DNA of 64,000 nucleotides from Bispira polyomma (Eukaryota): NCBI GenBank assembly GCA_965649765.1, contig OZ287748.1, positions 27,466,001 to 27,530,000 of the forward strand, read 5' to 3'. Shown piece by piece: positions 13,196 to 26,528 of this stretch (position 1 is its first letter; each line of letters starts with the position of its first letter). The notes under the pieces were generated by a model. It saw only the letters and a program-made list of their open reading frames with translations, ran no database searches and was not told where the DNA came from. The position numbers and the translations under genes were made by a program.

Positions 13196-13952
13196 ATCAC
13201 TAACATGGAATAAATCCACATGTAGGGTCATTTCCTTTCAACCAACACTCACTTATGGTGTCACTGAACCTCACTCTTACAGATAAATGTCCAGAGAAAT
13301 GTATACAAACTATTGTTACGTATGGTGACAAATCCTCATATACTTGCTGAAAAATGGAAATGAACTACATCTTATTCACACACTGCAACGTTAAAGACAA
13401 ACACTGTTTCATTCGTGACACAAATCATTACCTTTAAGAAAAATGGGGAAACCGCTTCAAATTTGACATGGGATGACAGATCTATAATAGTTTTTTCTAG
13501 TATTGTAAAACTTTCTGGACAGAGCTACAAATACTCGTAGCAGCCATTCATGCATGTAAAAAGGAACTATGTTACAAAATTGATTTGAAATTTATGATCT
13601 AAGTGAATGACATACTTAGTACCTACCAGATAATGCATAATCAACCCATATTGTGTCACATTAGGAAAAGGCTTCAAATCACCATATATTGGTCTCTAAC
13701 TAAATATTTACCAGAGTATTTGTTAGCTTTTGTGTCACATCTTGTACTTTTATAAGCGTTCTTTGGATATGTATCAGTAATCATCTTATGTCAGGAAAAT
13801 TTCTGTGGCTAAAATATTGACAAAAAACTCTAAAAACCAGTTCATGTTACTTTACCCTGTATAATTTTAAACACAGTGGTACATGTTTTTATGTATATGT
13901 GGTATGTATGTATTGTTGTATTCTAATTGATATATTCTCTTTAAACATATCA

Positions 13953-14206
13953 GGGGGCCGCAGTGGCGTAGTAGTTAGCAAGCATTGCGCTTCACAATTA
14001 CTGGTCTATCAACTCTGGGCAGCGTGAGTTTGAATCCCATCGATGCCTATGTGGGAAAGGTGGCAGTTCCTTACTGTGGGTCGCTGGTTTCAGTGCAGAA
14101 TCTTGATCAACTGTATCCAGTGTTTCCTCCAGCGTTTCCGACTACCCGTCCCAATATAACCTAAACAGGTACTAGGGTGGACGTTAAATATCCAAATTCA
14201 ATTCAA
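13953..14206 (+). mobile_element. tRNA-derived SINE (family A)
   Basis: GGGGCC head, A box TGGCGTAGTAG, B box GTTTGAATCCC, conserved body and (ATTCA)n tail. There are three near-identical copies in the window. Confidence 0.9.
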
Positions 14207-15059
14207 TACATGTATAGTTTTTAAATTTGTTTAATATATTAAAATATTTCAGTTTTACATTATATCTGATGCTTTACCATGTCTCAGCCCCTAAAATTAT
14301 ATATGTCCAGATCTACTATTGTACCATTTCTATTGAATAAACTGTAAACATCAAATGATTTTGTCTAATTACATGTCGGGGTATTAGAAACTTGTGATTT
14401 ATAGTTTTGATTTATACCTAAACACTCAATAAACAAACACAGCTAGAAAGCAATGGAAAGGAGACAAAGAGATATTTACTTTATAAAAATTATTAAGGCT
14501 GTCAAGCCTCTGTTTTAGTTAACATAATCGTATCAATTGTTTACAAGTAAACACTGCTAGACATAAAAAAATGTCATTGTCTAGATCAACACCATTACAT
14601 ATGTCATCTTTTGAAATCTGAGCATTAAATCAGATACAGGATTGCATTACAGCTAGTTTTAAACAAAATGTGTGATTGTTGCATATATATCTCAGACCAG
14701 AGATCAAAAACAACATTTCAAAACAACACTTATCTTCTAGAACAACTTACACTCCCTGAACACTCTCTGATCATATTGACGGTACATGTTTAGTAATGCT
14801 GTTTTTAACAGTTAAAGTAAACAGGACGTTGAGCTCAAATCAAAACGAGGCTTGATTGTTTTGGACTGTAAATTTTGTAAATTTTAGGAAGGGAATAAAA
14901 GCTGAAGAATTTTTCTAATCATCGTCCGTTTACTTGCACTATAATTAAAAATTTCTTGCATTCAGACTGCAAGCAACCCTACTCTTAATACTAGTGTGAT
15001 TATTTTATTACAATAGTGTATGTTCATAGATATTTTAGACGTTTAAATTTTAATTCGAA

Positions 15060-18000
15060 ATGGCCTGTGGAGCGACCCTAAGTTTGAAACGTAGTCTCGA
15101 ATTTGATCCTGTCCATAGCCCTGCAGGTCAACATTCTCCCAAGAGAAGAAGATGTATGCCAATGACTATGTCGCCAACTGCTCCCCCAACAAAAAATCAA
15201 AGCACTCCATCACCTTTTACAGAGGTTGTACCTAAGTTGACAAATGGTGAGTAAACAATGAACGTATTGACCGCAAACTCGGAGGGTTGACTGCGTTGTA
15301 GTACCTATACGCTCGAAACTACTTACTAGTCAGCCAGTGAGTTTAGTTGTCCTAACCTTTTGACCACTTTTGGTTCTGACATTTTGGCGCTCATTCGCAG
15401 GACAGTTTGATGTCATCCTCCCTGGTAACAGTTCTTTTTCGGTCCACCACAACACAGCTGTAGGGGGCTGTTTTGACGACCTCGCCGATTCATATTGGCA
15501 TTGGAGAGGGGCACACATTATATTTTACTGGCGTCTACTTGGCATCACTGTTTCGACACCAGATGTTTAAGTTTCTGATTACGAACAGATTGACGTAGCT
15601 GGGTAGGCCATTTTGAATCCTACAAACAATAATGAACGTGCACCAAGCACTAAAAGATGTGTATTTTTCATCCCATGAATCTGAGTAATATAAAAATATC
15701 CGTGAAAACTAAAGTAAGGACCCGCACATGTTATGGAAGGGTTTTGACCCTTTTTTTCACGGTGCAGGTGGAGAAACAGTCAATTTACGTCATATATGGG
15801 TAACATTTCAAAATTTAATCTATAGCTTTTTATTGATTTACTACTCCAAAAATGGTTGGAAGTAAGGACAGGTGTAATTAATGCTGATGCGGGTACGCTT
15901 ACAGGTGAAAATAATGATAGGTTAAATTCCCACTTTGGTGAGTGCAAAATTTATTTTTTTTAAACCATTAATGAGATAAAAGTTGAAACATAAGTTGTTA
16001 TAAGGGAGTAAAGCACTGTTGAAAATTGTTTTAAACACAAAAAATCTTAGAATGTTCTTTTTACTATAATTGATTTGAATTAATGTGGTTGTTTTTAGCA
16101 CAAATAGCAGCTCAGATTGGTGCTGAAGTCAAACGTATGCAAAGGAGGAAACAACTCCAGGGCTTCAATGCTTGCCAAAGTTCTTCCAATCCCCCTTCAC
16201 CATCCTCATCGCAGATTGATGCCATGTCTTGTTCACTGGAAACTGGAGGACCTGCATCCCCTTCCACGTCCTACTTCAATGCTTTGTCACCCCACAAAAA
16301 GGATACCCCTCTATTTACATTCAAGTATGTGTTTTAAAGTCCAATATTCACTAAATCAAATTTAGTTTCTATCTTGATCTTCAACGTTTGGACCTTTAAT
16401 TTTATTAACATAACAAACTCACATTAGTAAGAGCTCTAGCCATAAATACCTAAATATTAATATAAAATTAGGTAACCTATTTTCTCCAAATATAATTTTA
16501 CTTAAAGATCATATCCACAGCATCATGGTGATCACTCATTGTCGGCTTAGTTTTACTAAGTAAAACTTATAAAAAATCTTCAAAAGTACTCATTAAAACA
16601 TAAATACAAAATGGATTTTGTCAAATTCTTGAATCTTTGTATCCTCGCTAATTCACAGATATCATTTTCAAAAATTAAATACTAGCCAAATTTAATTCAG
16701 TGTTGGGAATAAACCAGTCTGGAAGACCTGTCTTGCAATATGGTGAATAATCTATTCCATCAAAGATAAACTGAAAAATTTCTGAGGAGCTTATATTACG
16801 TACCATTATTTGGCCAAAGAAATTTTTGCTAAAGGTATAGCTAGAGCTCTCAATAATGTGAGTTTGCATGTGAAAAGTTTGTCAACTACTTACAGTGGGT
16901 CACAGTGGTTTCTTCTGTCATTGAGTCTTGCCATCGTGAAATGACCTAAGCTGTTAAAAGCGCCATCAAACCTAATTCAAATTAATATTTAATACTATTT
17001 ATGGCTAAAGGCAGTATTATATGTTTTAACTCCTGAAACATGCATATTGCAATTGTGTTTGACACCATAGTTAAACCATTTTTGAATAACTGGGCACACT
17101 TACCCTATCTAGACTGTAATGGATTCTGTTGATACTTTTCAGACAAGTTAGTCTAGTCTGTGAACGAATGCTCAAAGAGAGGGAGGAGCAGGTGCGAGGA
17201 GAATATGACCAAGTATTGACTTGCAAGTTGGCTGGTAAGTTTTACCATATGCAGTTGGAAGCCCTTGCAAGTGAAAATACAAAGGATGAAATGCCCAATC
17301 TTAAGCAGAATTTCTACTTAACAGTTTAGATTTTAATCAAGAAGGTACCTTTGTTTGAATACATCACATTTCAGCCAATATATTAAAGATACTTTCATTT
17401 TCAAAGGGTATCTTGAAATTCGATTGTCAGTTGTCTTTAAATATTGTTGAAGCAATTAATCTTAATATCTTAGTGTCACTTCTGTAGTTTGTATAGTTTC
17501 TGAGATATTATTATTTAACAAGCTTCTTTTCCATGATATTATTCGATGATCTCTACTATAAAAAAATAGTCGACAGTCTACCTGTCAACCGACAATATTT
17601 TCATTACTATATATAAGAATTAAAATGTGTAATAGCCTTCAGAAAATGCTTAAAACAAGAATTCTAGTGATACTGAGATGATAATAGTAGGTTAAGTATA
17701 CATCATAAAGACACAGCCATTTGATCTAAAGAAATTTCCTTCTCGAAATCCCTACAAAGCTGTAGTGTGCGATCATGAAAATTCTGGCATAAATAAATTT
17801 CACAACAGTGTATAAAAATTGACTTCCATTGATCTTGCTTGATGAAGCTAGTAGTTGCTTTTAACAATGGCAGCAAAAACAAATCTTTGGAAGTCGTTTC
17901 TGACTGCATAATTAAATAAAACACTAGTAAATATTTCTCGTGTAGTCAATTCGGACAATGAATATCGCAAGTTTTGTTGACCACCACATATTGTTGCAGC

Positions 18001-19099
18001 AAATGGCTTCCGCCGTCTGACTAATTTCACAAACTGCACTTGTGGTACTGCAAATTTTGAATGTTGTCAATTTACATAGTTCAAGTAGAATATTTTAAGC
18101 TACTTTTCTCAAGTGGTAGTGCTGTCAGTCAATAAACTAAAACTGACCGGTTGTGTCACACTTTTTGTTGTTACCCAAGTACTTGGTCACTTTGTTTAAC
18201 TTTTCTGATTAGTATAACATGTTTAAGCAACAGTATTCTATCCGTTAACTTTGGGTTGGATTCTGAAAACAAAATACATCGAGATAATGTTAAATATACC
18301 ATTTAAGTTGATTCTGATAAAGCAAGTAAAAATGTACAGACTGCAGTGAAATTCATGCTTTTCTGTTTAGTTCAACGTGCACCATAAAGTTAATGTTTAC
18401 AATCGTAATGGTTTGAGTATTGTAGGAATTTTTACTTCAGCACTATAAATGTAATATAAAAACATTTTGTGGCTTTATTTTAGAACAATATGAGGCTTTC
18501 TTAAAGTTCAACCACGATCAGCTTCATCGACGATTTGGAGAATCAGCTGCCAGCTGTGAGTGTATTTAATATAGCATTATAGTAGAACATCTATTTATGT
18601 GAACATATTTGGACAGGTAGATTTCAGATATTAGAAGGTTCCTAAAATAGAAATATATAGTAAAACATCTATTTATCTGTTCATGTTTGGAGAAGTAGAT
18701 TTTGTTCAGATAATAGAATGTTCTTAAAATAGGAGTTTATTATATAGTAGAACATCTATTTATCTGAATACGTTTGGAGAGGTAAATTTTGTTCAGATAA
18801 TAGAATGTTCTTAAAATACAAGAGGCACTTTAATATAAAACAACATAATGTAAATTTGAGAGTAACTATCTTAAAAAAAAAAAGAAATAGTCAAAAGAAT
18901 AGGTTTGAAAAATGGTGGTTCGACTGTATATGCTGGTAAAAATATTAGTGTTTGGGGGTATCTTTAAAGTGTTGAAAAGTTTGTAATACTTTGCTTGTGA
19001 AGGGTAAATTTGCGTCTTTTGTATCTTCAAATAATGTATTCACAAATAAGAATCTCTATATTCTACTAGTTTGTTTTTGTTGTTTCAGATGTGTCCTAA
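15060..19099 (+). CDS. AKIRIN: Akirin, complete (exons 15060-15246, 16099-16324, 17143-17234, 18484-18555, 19089-19099)
   Basis: N-terminus [17 protein letters not shown]...SPKRRRC. C-terminus [20 protein letters not shown]...[36 protein letters not shown]. All GT-AG junctions are in phase. Confidence 0.97.
18585..18820. repeat. Imperfect tandem repeat (~70-90 bp, 3 copies) in akirin intron 4
   Basis: AGTAGAACATCTATTTAT...TTGGA..GTAGATTT..TCAGATA..AGAA recurs three times. Confidence 0.7.
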
Positions 19100-19744
19100 A
19101 AGAGCTACCTCGTGTTTTGTGTTTCCAGACTTTTAACAAGCCAAAATGGTTAATTGCCTTGTTTTGAATATTTATGACAGAGAAAAAAACAAACTGTTCA
19201 TGAGATTCAGTATTGATACATTATTTTTCCCCCCCATATGTTATATACATTGACTTAAATAATAAACAGACTGCAAAGTGTTTGTGATATAGTATTGCTT
19301 TTAGTAAGAAGAGACCTTATTTGAAAATGTTTGAGACATTGGACCAGGGGGAGCTTGTAACCTTTTAGAAACAAGTTGTGTGAAATGACGTGTTTGAGTT
19401 AAAACAATATATGATGGATCTGTCTTCTTTTTTTTTCTTTTTTGCTTTTATATGGTAAGACTTTTAAATATAATTTTTTTAAACATAGTTGTATATTATA
19501 ACTGCTATAATGTGTAATTTGAGTGTCATACTTTCTGTTTGTTGAATTCTATGTACTGCAAGAAAATATAGAAGAAATCTTGAGATAAAGTACTGTATTG
19601 AGCCAAATATTATAGTACATGCAGCACATATTGTACTCGATGTATTGATGTAAAGGTATCGTTTTCTTGTGAACTCCCACAAAGATGACAAATGTTAAAG
19701 ACTACAGTTCAGTTGGTTACACATTAAGATTGCATATCTTGTCA

Positions 19745-19948
19745 GGGGCCACGGTGGCCTAGTGGTTTGAAGCACTTGCTAAAAATCACTGGTCTGTCAC
19801 TAATCTTGGTTCGAGTCCCATTCATGTGAGAAAGTTTGACGGGTAATTGCTGTGGGTCGATGGTTTACAGTGCTGCATCGCTGGTTTCTTTCACCATTGC
19901 ATCTGGCTGTCGTGTTATGACCTAAGCTGTTAAAAGCGACGTTAAAAT
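19745..19948 (+). mobile_element. tRNA-derived SINE (related subfamily) downstream of the akirin stop, probably in the 3' UTR
   Basis: GGGGCCACGGTGGCCTAGTGG head and GGTTCGAGTCCC B box. Its 3' part also matches a truncated copy at ~16860-16980. Confidence 0.8.
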
Positions 19949-22900
19949 ATTCTGTTACCTTGGTGGTGTTGCCTCACACCTCTGAAGTTCTGGGTTTAAA
20001 GCTTTGCCAGAGCTTGTAAGTGGGAAATCTGATGGTAGATTTGCCAACTACCCTGTGCTATCCCACCAATTAACTTTTGTTGCAATATAATACACAGTTT
20101 AAAAGTGGCGTTTTAAAAATCAAATAATGTCTTTAGAAATATTGGCCTTTTTCTGGGCATATATGGTGTAAATTACGCATGATCTTTAGTCACTCCGTTG
20201 ATCCTTTTTTGTACAGTATTGCATTCTACACAAACTGTAAACCCTAATAAATGTCTAAATGTATTGATAAAAACATGGTTTCTAAACCAAACTGTCATTT
20301 TCATATCAATCTGACTGCATTGAGTGCATTATTAGGTCATATTTCAAAGATGCACGTTTACATATGAAATTTTCCATGTTCCACGATCTGTAGAAGAGTT
20401 TTTGTTTCTGAATATTGATGTACACCCCATGTCAGAAGTGCAGGATTTTAAGTTGAGTTGTCTTCTAGTAGAAAATTAAAGTTCTAGTGTGTACCAGTCG
20501 GTTAATAACGCTTCTTTAATGTGTGGGTTTTTACAGCAAAGGAAACTATTTAAATCTTGTAATTTTTTTATCATCTTTGTCACTAAAATTGTAATTTGTT
20601 AAGATTGGAATGTTGATAGAATAAATACACCTTCAAAGCTCTACACATTAACATTGACCTTTTTAGGTGATATTCACACTCCCTTTTTACATATTTTCTG
20701 CATAATGCAGAGTTTGTGTAATTATAGTTGTATTATAATACTGTAATAGACATGTGTTGTTGAAATATTGTGCTGTGCAAGGGGAGTAATTAGAAGTATG
20801 TATATTCTCCATGACTTGGTGTTGGCTGATAGTTTAACATTATAAATAATAATCTAGGTCACCAGGATTCTCTTACCTAACAACTCAGTGTAGACAGGTG
20901 GTCATTTAAAAACAGGTAACGAGAAGTATGCTCATGTGAAAATATTTAAAGATGAGTGATAAGGCTAGTTTCAAATACTACATTGTAACGCTGAAAGACA
21001 ATTTTAGAATATTCGGCTCCGATAGATCAAATAGGAATAGGGATTTTGATATTCCATTATTCAGTTTTGCCAATTTTAATCACTGTTTTATATGCTTTCT
21101 CCATATAAAACTGCTTATTTTTAGAAACAAAAGCAAATTCTAACATTTTTTTTCCAATTATCAATGGGATAGAAGAATTTCTATTCAATTTTAGCTCTAC
21201 AAGATTGACTATCCATTACTGAAAAAAGCTTCATGTTGATATTGAACACTTGTATTCCTTGTAAATAAACAGTAATCTCCTGTTACAAGTTGTCGGTGAA
21301 ATTTTATTATACTGCAGCTAGACTGTAAAGCTTTTGCTGTATTCGTGTCTAAGCTTGTGCTTTGATGTGACTTGTGGATATATTAATGCATGGTTAGTAA
21401 TACTAGAAGTAATCAGCACTAGAAGTAATCAGCACTTTGCTTTAGAATAATATACTATTGTAAAATGGTAGTGGGATTACACATATAATTATGTAGCAGT
21501 ATATTATTGCTAGAAACGCTTTAGAATGTATTCTTGAAGAATACTTATTGTACAGTATACATAATTGTAAGGGAATATGAATACATGCCAGTCTGATTTA
21601 TTGTGTTGAGGTATATTAAATTGCAAAAGTAAGTGTAACTCGACAATTGTGTATGTTGGCAATTTTTTAGGTTGGAAGTATTTTCGTTCAATCTTTTTTT
21701 TTTTTTTTTTTTTTTTCCCCCCCAAAGAAATGTACATAGTTTATTGGCTTACAAAATTATAGGTAATTTAGGTAGGGTATATTATTATTATTAATGGAGA
21801 AAAACACTCTATACAAAGTAATTTTTTATTTAGGCATAGTAGATTTATTCTTCAAAGCATTTCATAGTAATTTTGTAATAAGAATTTCATAGTAGTTTTG
21901 AAATAAATGTTACATATACAGATTGTTTGCTAGTTGTATTGTAACGGAGTTGCTGTTAAAGCACAACAGAATTACCCCTAACAGTTTTAACAAACACTAA
22001 GGTTTATCACAAAAGTTATTGTCTTTGTTCTTATATTTTGCTGTCACTTTACAATTTACACCATAGTTTGAAGAGTTAACTGTAGGTTTTTATTGGTTGT
22101 TGTGAATTATTGTTAGATGTAGTGATATATGTATTCTATGAAATGCTGACACAAAGAGATCTTTCAATTCTTTAATGTGTACTATATTTTGAAACATTAA
22201 CAAAAAACAGTGTACATCAGATGGTTCTCATAAGTCTTGTTAACTAGTGTTTTAAGTAAGATGAATAAACTGAATAAAGAGAAACTGAATCTTTTCCTTA
22301 TTATTATTGAAAAGCAAATAAGTGTTTCTTGTTTCATTGTTAATGTGACCTAAAGATATTGATCTAATATTCTCTTTTCATGTTAGAATATGGCTGTGAA
22401 AGTTACAAGGTTACTTGTAGATTATTACCAGGTGAATAATACAAAAACTATTCATTGTTAGCATCCTGATCTAGGCGTGGCCTGGACCTAGAAACAGTGT
22501 GTGACATTTAATGTGGCCCGTTTAGTCGCCATATTTCCGGGGCTTCAATTTTTTTTACTGTGGACGCTACAGTAAACTTTAGGTACCAAACCGTTCCATT
22601 TGCTTCAGCACACATGCACAGACTAAATTTTAATGTGAAACGTTTAATTATATTAAATAGCAAGGATATGGATGAAAACTCATCTTATTGTTAAATAAAA
22701 GAAAGATTTTATATATTCGTAAGTAGTTGTATATGTGAATTTTATATTTTCTAATTAAAAGGGACTTTTACGCATATTTTACTAACTTCCATCAATTATC
22801 ACTCACTGCTAACTGGCTAGCCTCGTATTTGCTATTGCTTTAATTTTCTAATTTTTACCCCATCTTGTGGCTCTTTTGGCTTAAATAATTGGGCTTTCTT

Positions 22901-24806
22901 TAAAGTTCAAATTAAGTGCAAATTCAGTGTTTCACAAGTCACATGACCAAAAACAGGATTTTTAAAGGGATGTGTTTGTCCCGATGATATCTTAAAAAGC
23001 ACTTTCCCTATTCTCATGAAATTTTGCAAGTAGGTTTCTCATATAAAGTCTGGACAACATTAACTTTTGGAAATGATCCGATACAAAATGGCTGACTTAG
23101 TAACGATTAAGTAAATGTTAACATTATTAGAAACGATGAAAATAAAAAATCTTTAATATCGGTGCGAGATAGAACAATTTTGACTGAATTTTAGGCCTGG
23201 AGGATATACGCAGTCATCTGCAACTTTTCCCCCAAAAATTTGAATTTTTTTCCCCAAGTTGTAAACGGCAAAAACACGTAATCTGCACATTTTTAAAAAA
23301 ATTGCTCTTCTGCGATTTTTGAGGGCCATCTTGAATTTCTGCGTTAAACGCATAAACGCGTTTATCTCTGAAACGCTGCGAGATGGAGCAATTTTGGCCA
23401 ACTTTCGGGCCCGGAGGGTATAAGCAGAGTAATCTGTACGTTTTTTTGAAAAAAAAGTGCTTTCCCGCCATTTTTGGCGGCCATCAAAATACATTTAACG
23501 TCACACACTGTCTCATTTCTTTGAATTAATTTTCTTTTATTTGCAAAGCAGTACTCTAGTTTCAAATTTCAAAGTCAGTGCAAATTTAGTGTTTCACAGT
23601 CAACTCCCTCTTGCCCCTTTATTCGTAATAAATAATAGGGGCTGTTCTAAGTTGTATTCTAAAAAAAAAATTATAGCCTAATTTTTTATTACCAAGTATC
23701 GGACTACCTGATTCGAATCCAGGCCACCAGGCTATAAAATCTGGTGGCCCAAAGGGCCACAACACATTTTTTCCGCAAAGTTTACACACTACCTACAAAA
23801 GTTTAAACAAATTCCCATCTTTCTTATTCAAAGAACACTTTTAGCCTATGATGGAAATCATGATGATCATATGGCTTTGGGGACATTTGTTAGCAACTGG
23901 GTGTCTACAAACCTAATTTAGGAATTATGTTTTCATATTTGACTTACAAATAGATTCTCTTTCCATGCCCAAGTATTTCAAGTTTGGTGTTAATCCAGGT
24001 AATAAGGGAGTTGTAACTGGATTGGCACTTTGCTTTAGCCAGTTTTGATGAACTTTTATTTTTCACCAACATTGTGGGTCCTAAGTTCTCGGTAAATATT
24101 TGGGGTTGCAAATTTAGGTAAATATTTTATTTTTTATTCATGACATTTTCAGTAACACAATTCACAAAATTACACTCTTACAATACAATAAAAATTTAGT
24201 GAAAAATGTAATGATTATATCGCAATTTATATTTTGAAAAATTTGCTTCGCTTGTGGTCAGTTCCCTCAAATGATCCATTAAGTATAACATGTATTTAGA
24301 ATTTTCTCTTGATATTCTAAATTATAGAAAATTATATTCAAGGTAGGTAAATATATTACCTTGTAATATATTGCCTCGTTCATAGTAACTTCATACAGTT
24401 GGTGAACAAAATTGTACATGACAGACTTCTGAGGCAAGATAACGTCGTAAAATAAAGGATGATTTTTATGACAAAAATATGTGGACTGTACTGTTATTGA
24501 GAATTACTGAGTTACTGCACTTTGTTGTTAAATCAGGTAGAGGAATCCCCTACCTAATATGATATAATGGCTCCCCCTAGCAACTGCCTAGCAACAATTT
24601 TGGGACAACGTAAGCTCAAAACTTACAATGACCTCAGCTTTCATATTTGGCATACATGTTAAGTTGGTTTTAAAGAGGCACTGTTTGTAAATTTGTGTTA
24701 ATTCAACCAGAATTGAGGGAGAAACAGCCATTTTTCAGCAATTTAACACACAAAGAGACAGGTTTGTAAACCAATTTCAGACTGTGACATCATTCACTTG
24801 TCCTGT

Positions 24807-25034
24807 AGTAGTTACCTTTTGAAGGCTATTCTACACCCCCCCGAAGATCAGAAATCACCTTAAAATCTTTCAACACCACCCTATGACTACGGTAAACCAC
24901 CCCAATGATCAGCAAAGCCCATATACAGAGTGTATACAGAGAGGTTGTAGCAAAATTATCAAAACTCAAGCGTCTGATCTTTCAGAGGGGGGATTATTAT
25001 ATTTGTTCATTGTGTATGAAAGCATGCTAGACCT
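24807..25034. repeat. Polinton left TIR, with partial subterminal re-copies to ~25375
   Basis: Inverted match to 44916-45159, with 4 mismatches in the outer 124 bp. Confidence 0.95.
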
Positions 25035-26135
25035 TCTCAGCTCAAGCTTCTGTGTTCATTGTGTATTAAAGCGTGCTAGACCTTCTCGGGTCATGCTTCT
25101 ACACACTTGATCTTTTCAGAGGGGATTATTATATGTGTATTCCTTTAAAGCTCTTTGAGATTGATCATTTTACTGAATATATGTCTTTTGAAGGGAAAAA
25201 GAGGTTGTAGCAAAATGATCAGTGTCAGACTGATCATTTTACTGAATATATGATGACTACGGTAAACCACACAAAGCCCATATACAGAGCGTTGATTATT
25301 TTGTGAATTATACAGAGAGGTTGTAGCAAAATGATCAAGACTCAAGCGTCTGATTTTTTCAGAGGGGGTTATTATAACCCCAGCTTATGGAAGTTCTCTA
25401 CTTAACACATTAGAACTGTATTTATCTACTTAACACATTAGAGCAGGAATAAGGATAGACAACCCCGACTGAATAAACGTTAACTCAGACTGAAGGTTTT
25501 TTTGTAGAAAAGGTAAAAAAACACAAAAACAATGACCTGTAAAAAGTTCTTAGGAATAGCATAAAAATCAAAGATCAGTTAAAAGTTCCATCCATTAGAG
25601 ATTTATAAAAGCTTTAAATAGTGAATCAATTTTTAGCGTTTTATGTTTATGCACACATTTTTATTTGATGTTCCTTGACAGAGTAAAATGAACTGATCAC
25701 CCTTTAAATCTTTATTAATAGCAGGCTTTTAAGTATTGTTCTTTATATAAAACAGAGCAGTTGCACATAATAACTAGATAATCTGTTAATACAGAACAAA
25801 GATTGAACAAAGATTTTGTATCAATAAAGCACTTAAAACATTACCTGGAACACAAACATATACACATCTATAGGTACATCATACAAACACAAACCTCCAC
25901 TTCTAAGAAACACTTGACAGAATAAACATTAAACTTTTATTGGTTAGTAGACTTTCTCATTTCCGAGAGAATTATTTCATTGGTTGAATTTATTCTTGTG
26001 ATGATTATTAGCAAGCCATCCTTTATAAAAGAGGTGAACATCATAAAATTATTAATATTTACATCGTTCAGGAAATAATTACAACTTTGACAAATTTTGG
26101 ATAGTTTTGTGATTTGGATAAGTTTACGTTTTAAA

Positions 26136-26494
26136 ATGAGTTCAATGAAAAGAAAAGGTTGCGGAGAGGAGAAAGATTTCAACAAGAAACAGAAAAAACC
26201 GAAAAGGTAAAAATTTTATTGAATTATTAGAAAATAATTTACCTGAATGTAGAAACTTAGATTTGTATAAATATATGTAATTAATGTTCTGTAATACATT
26301 CAATTAGAAACAATTTACCTGAATGTAGAAACACAGTCTTTTATAAATATATCTAATTAATTGTTTGGAATACAATTTATATTGTAAGACTTTTAGTGGA
26401 TAGATTTGATTTATATTTTGCTTTAAATACAAAACTATGAATATGTACATTTAATTTTAATATTTAAGAAAAATGCACTATATATGTATATATA

Positions 26495-26528
<34 letters not shown>

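Noticed and set aside
13953-14045. tRNA genes at the SINE heads (also 12945-13195, 19745, 59639, 8797)
   Set aside because: A/B boxes are present, but there is no clean cloverleaf and each head continues into a shared SINE body and tail.
23153-23565. Three overlapping short ORFs
   Set aside because: They lie in repeat-derived sequence and show no recognisable domain or splice-consistent structure.
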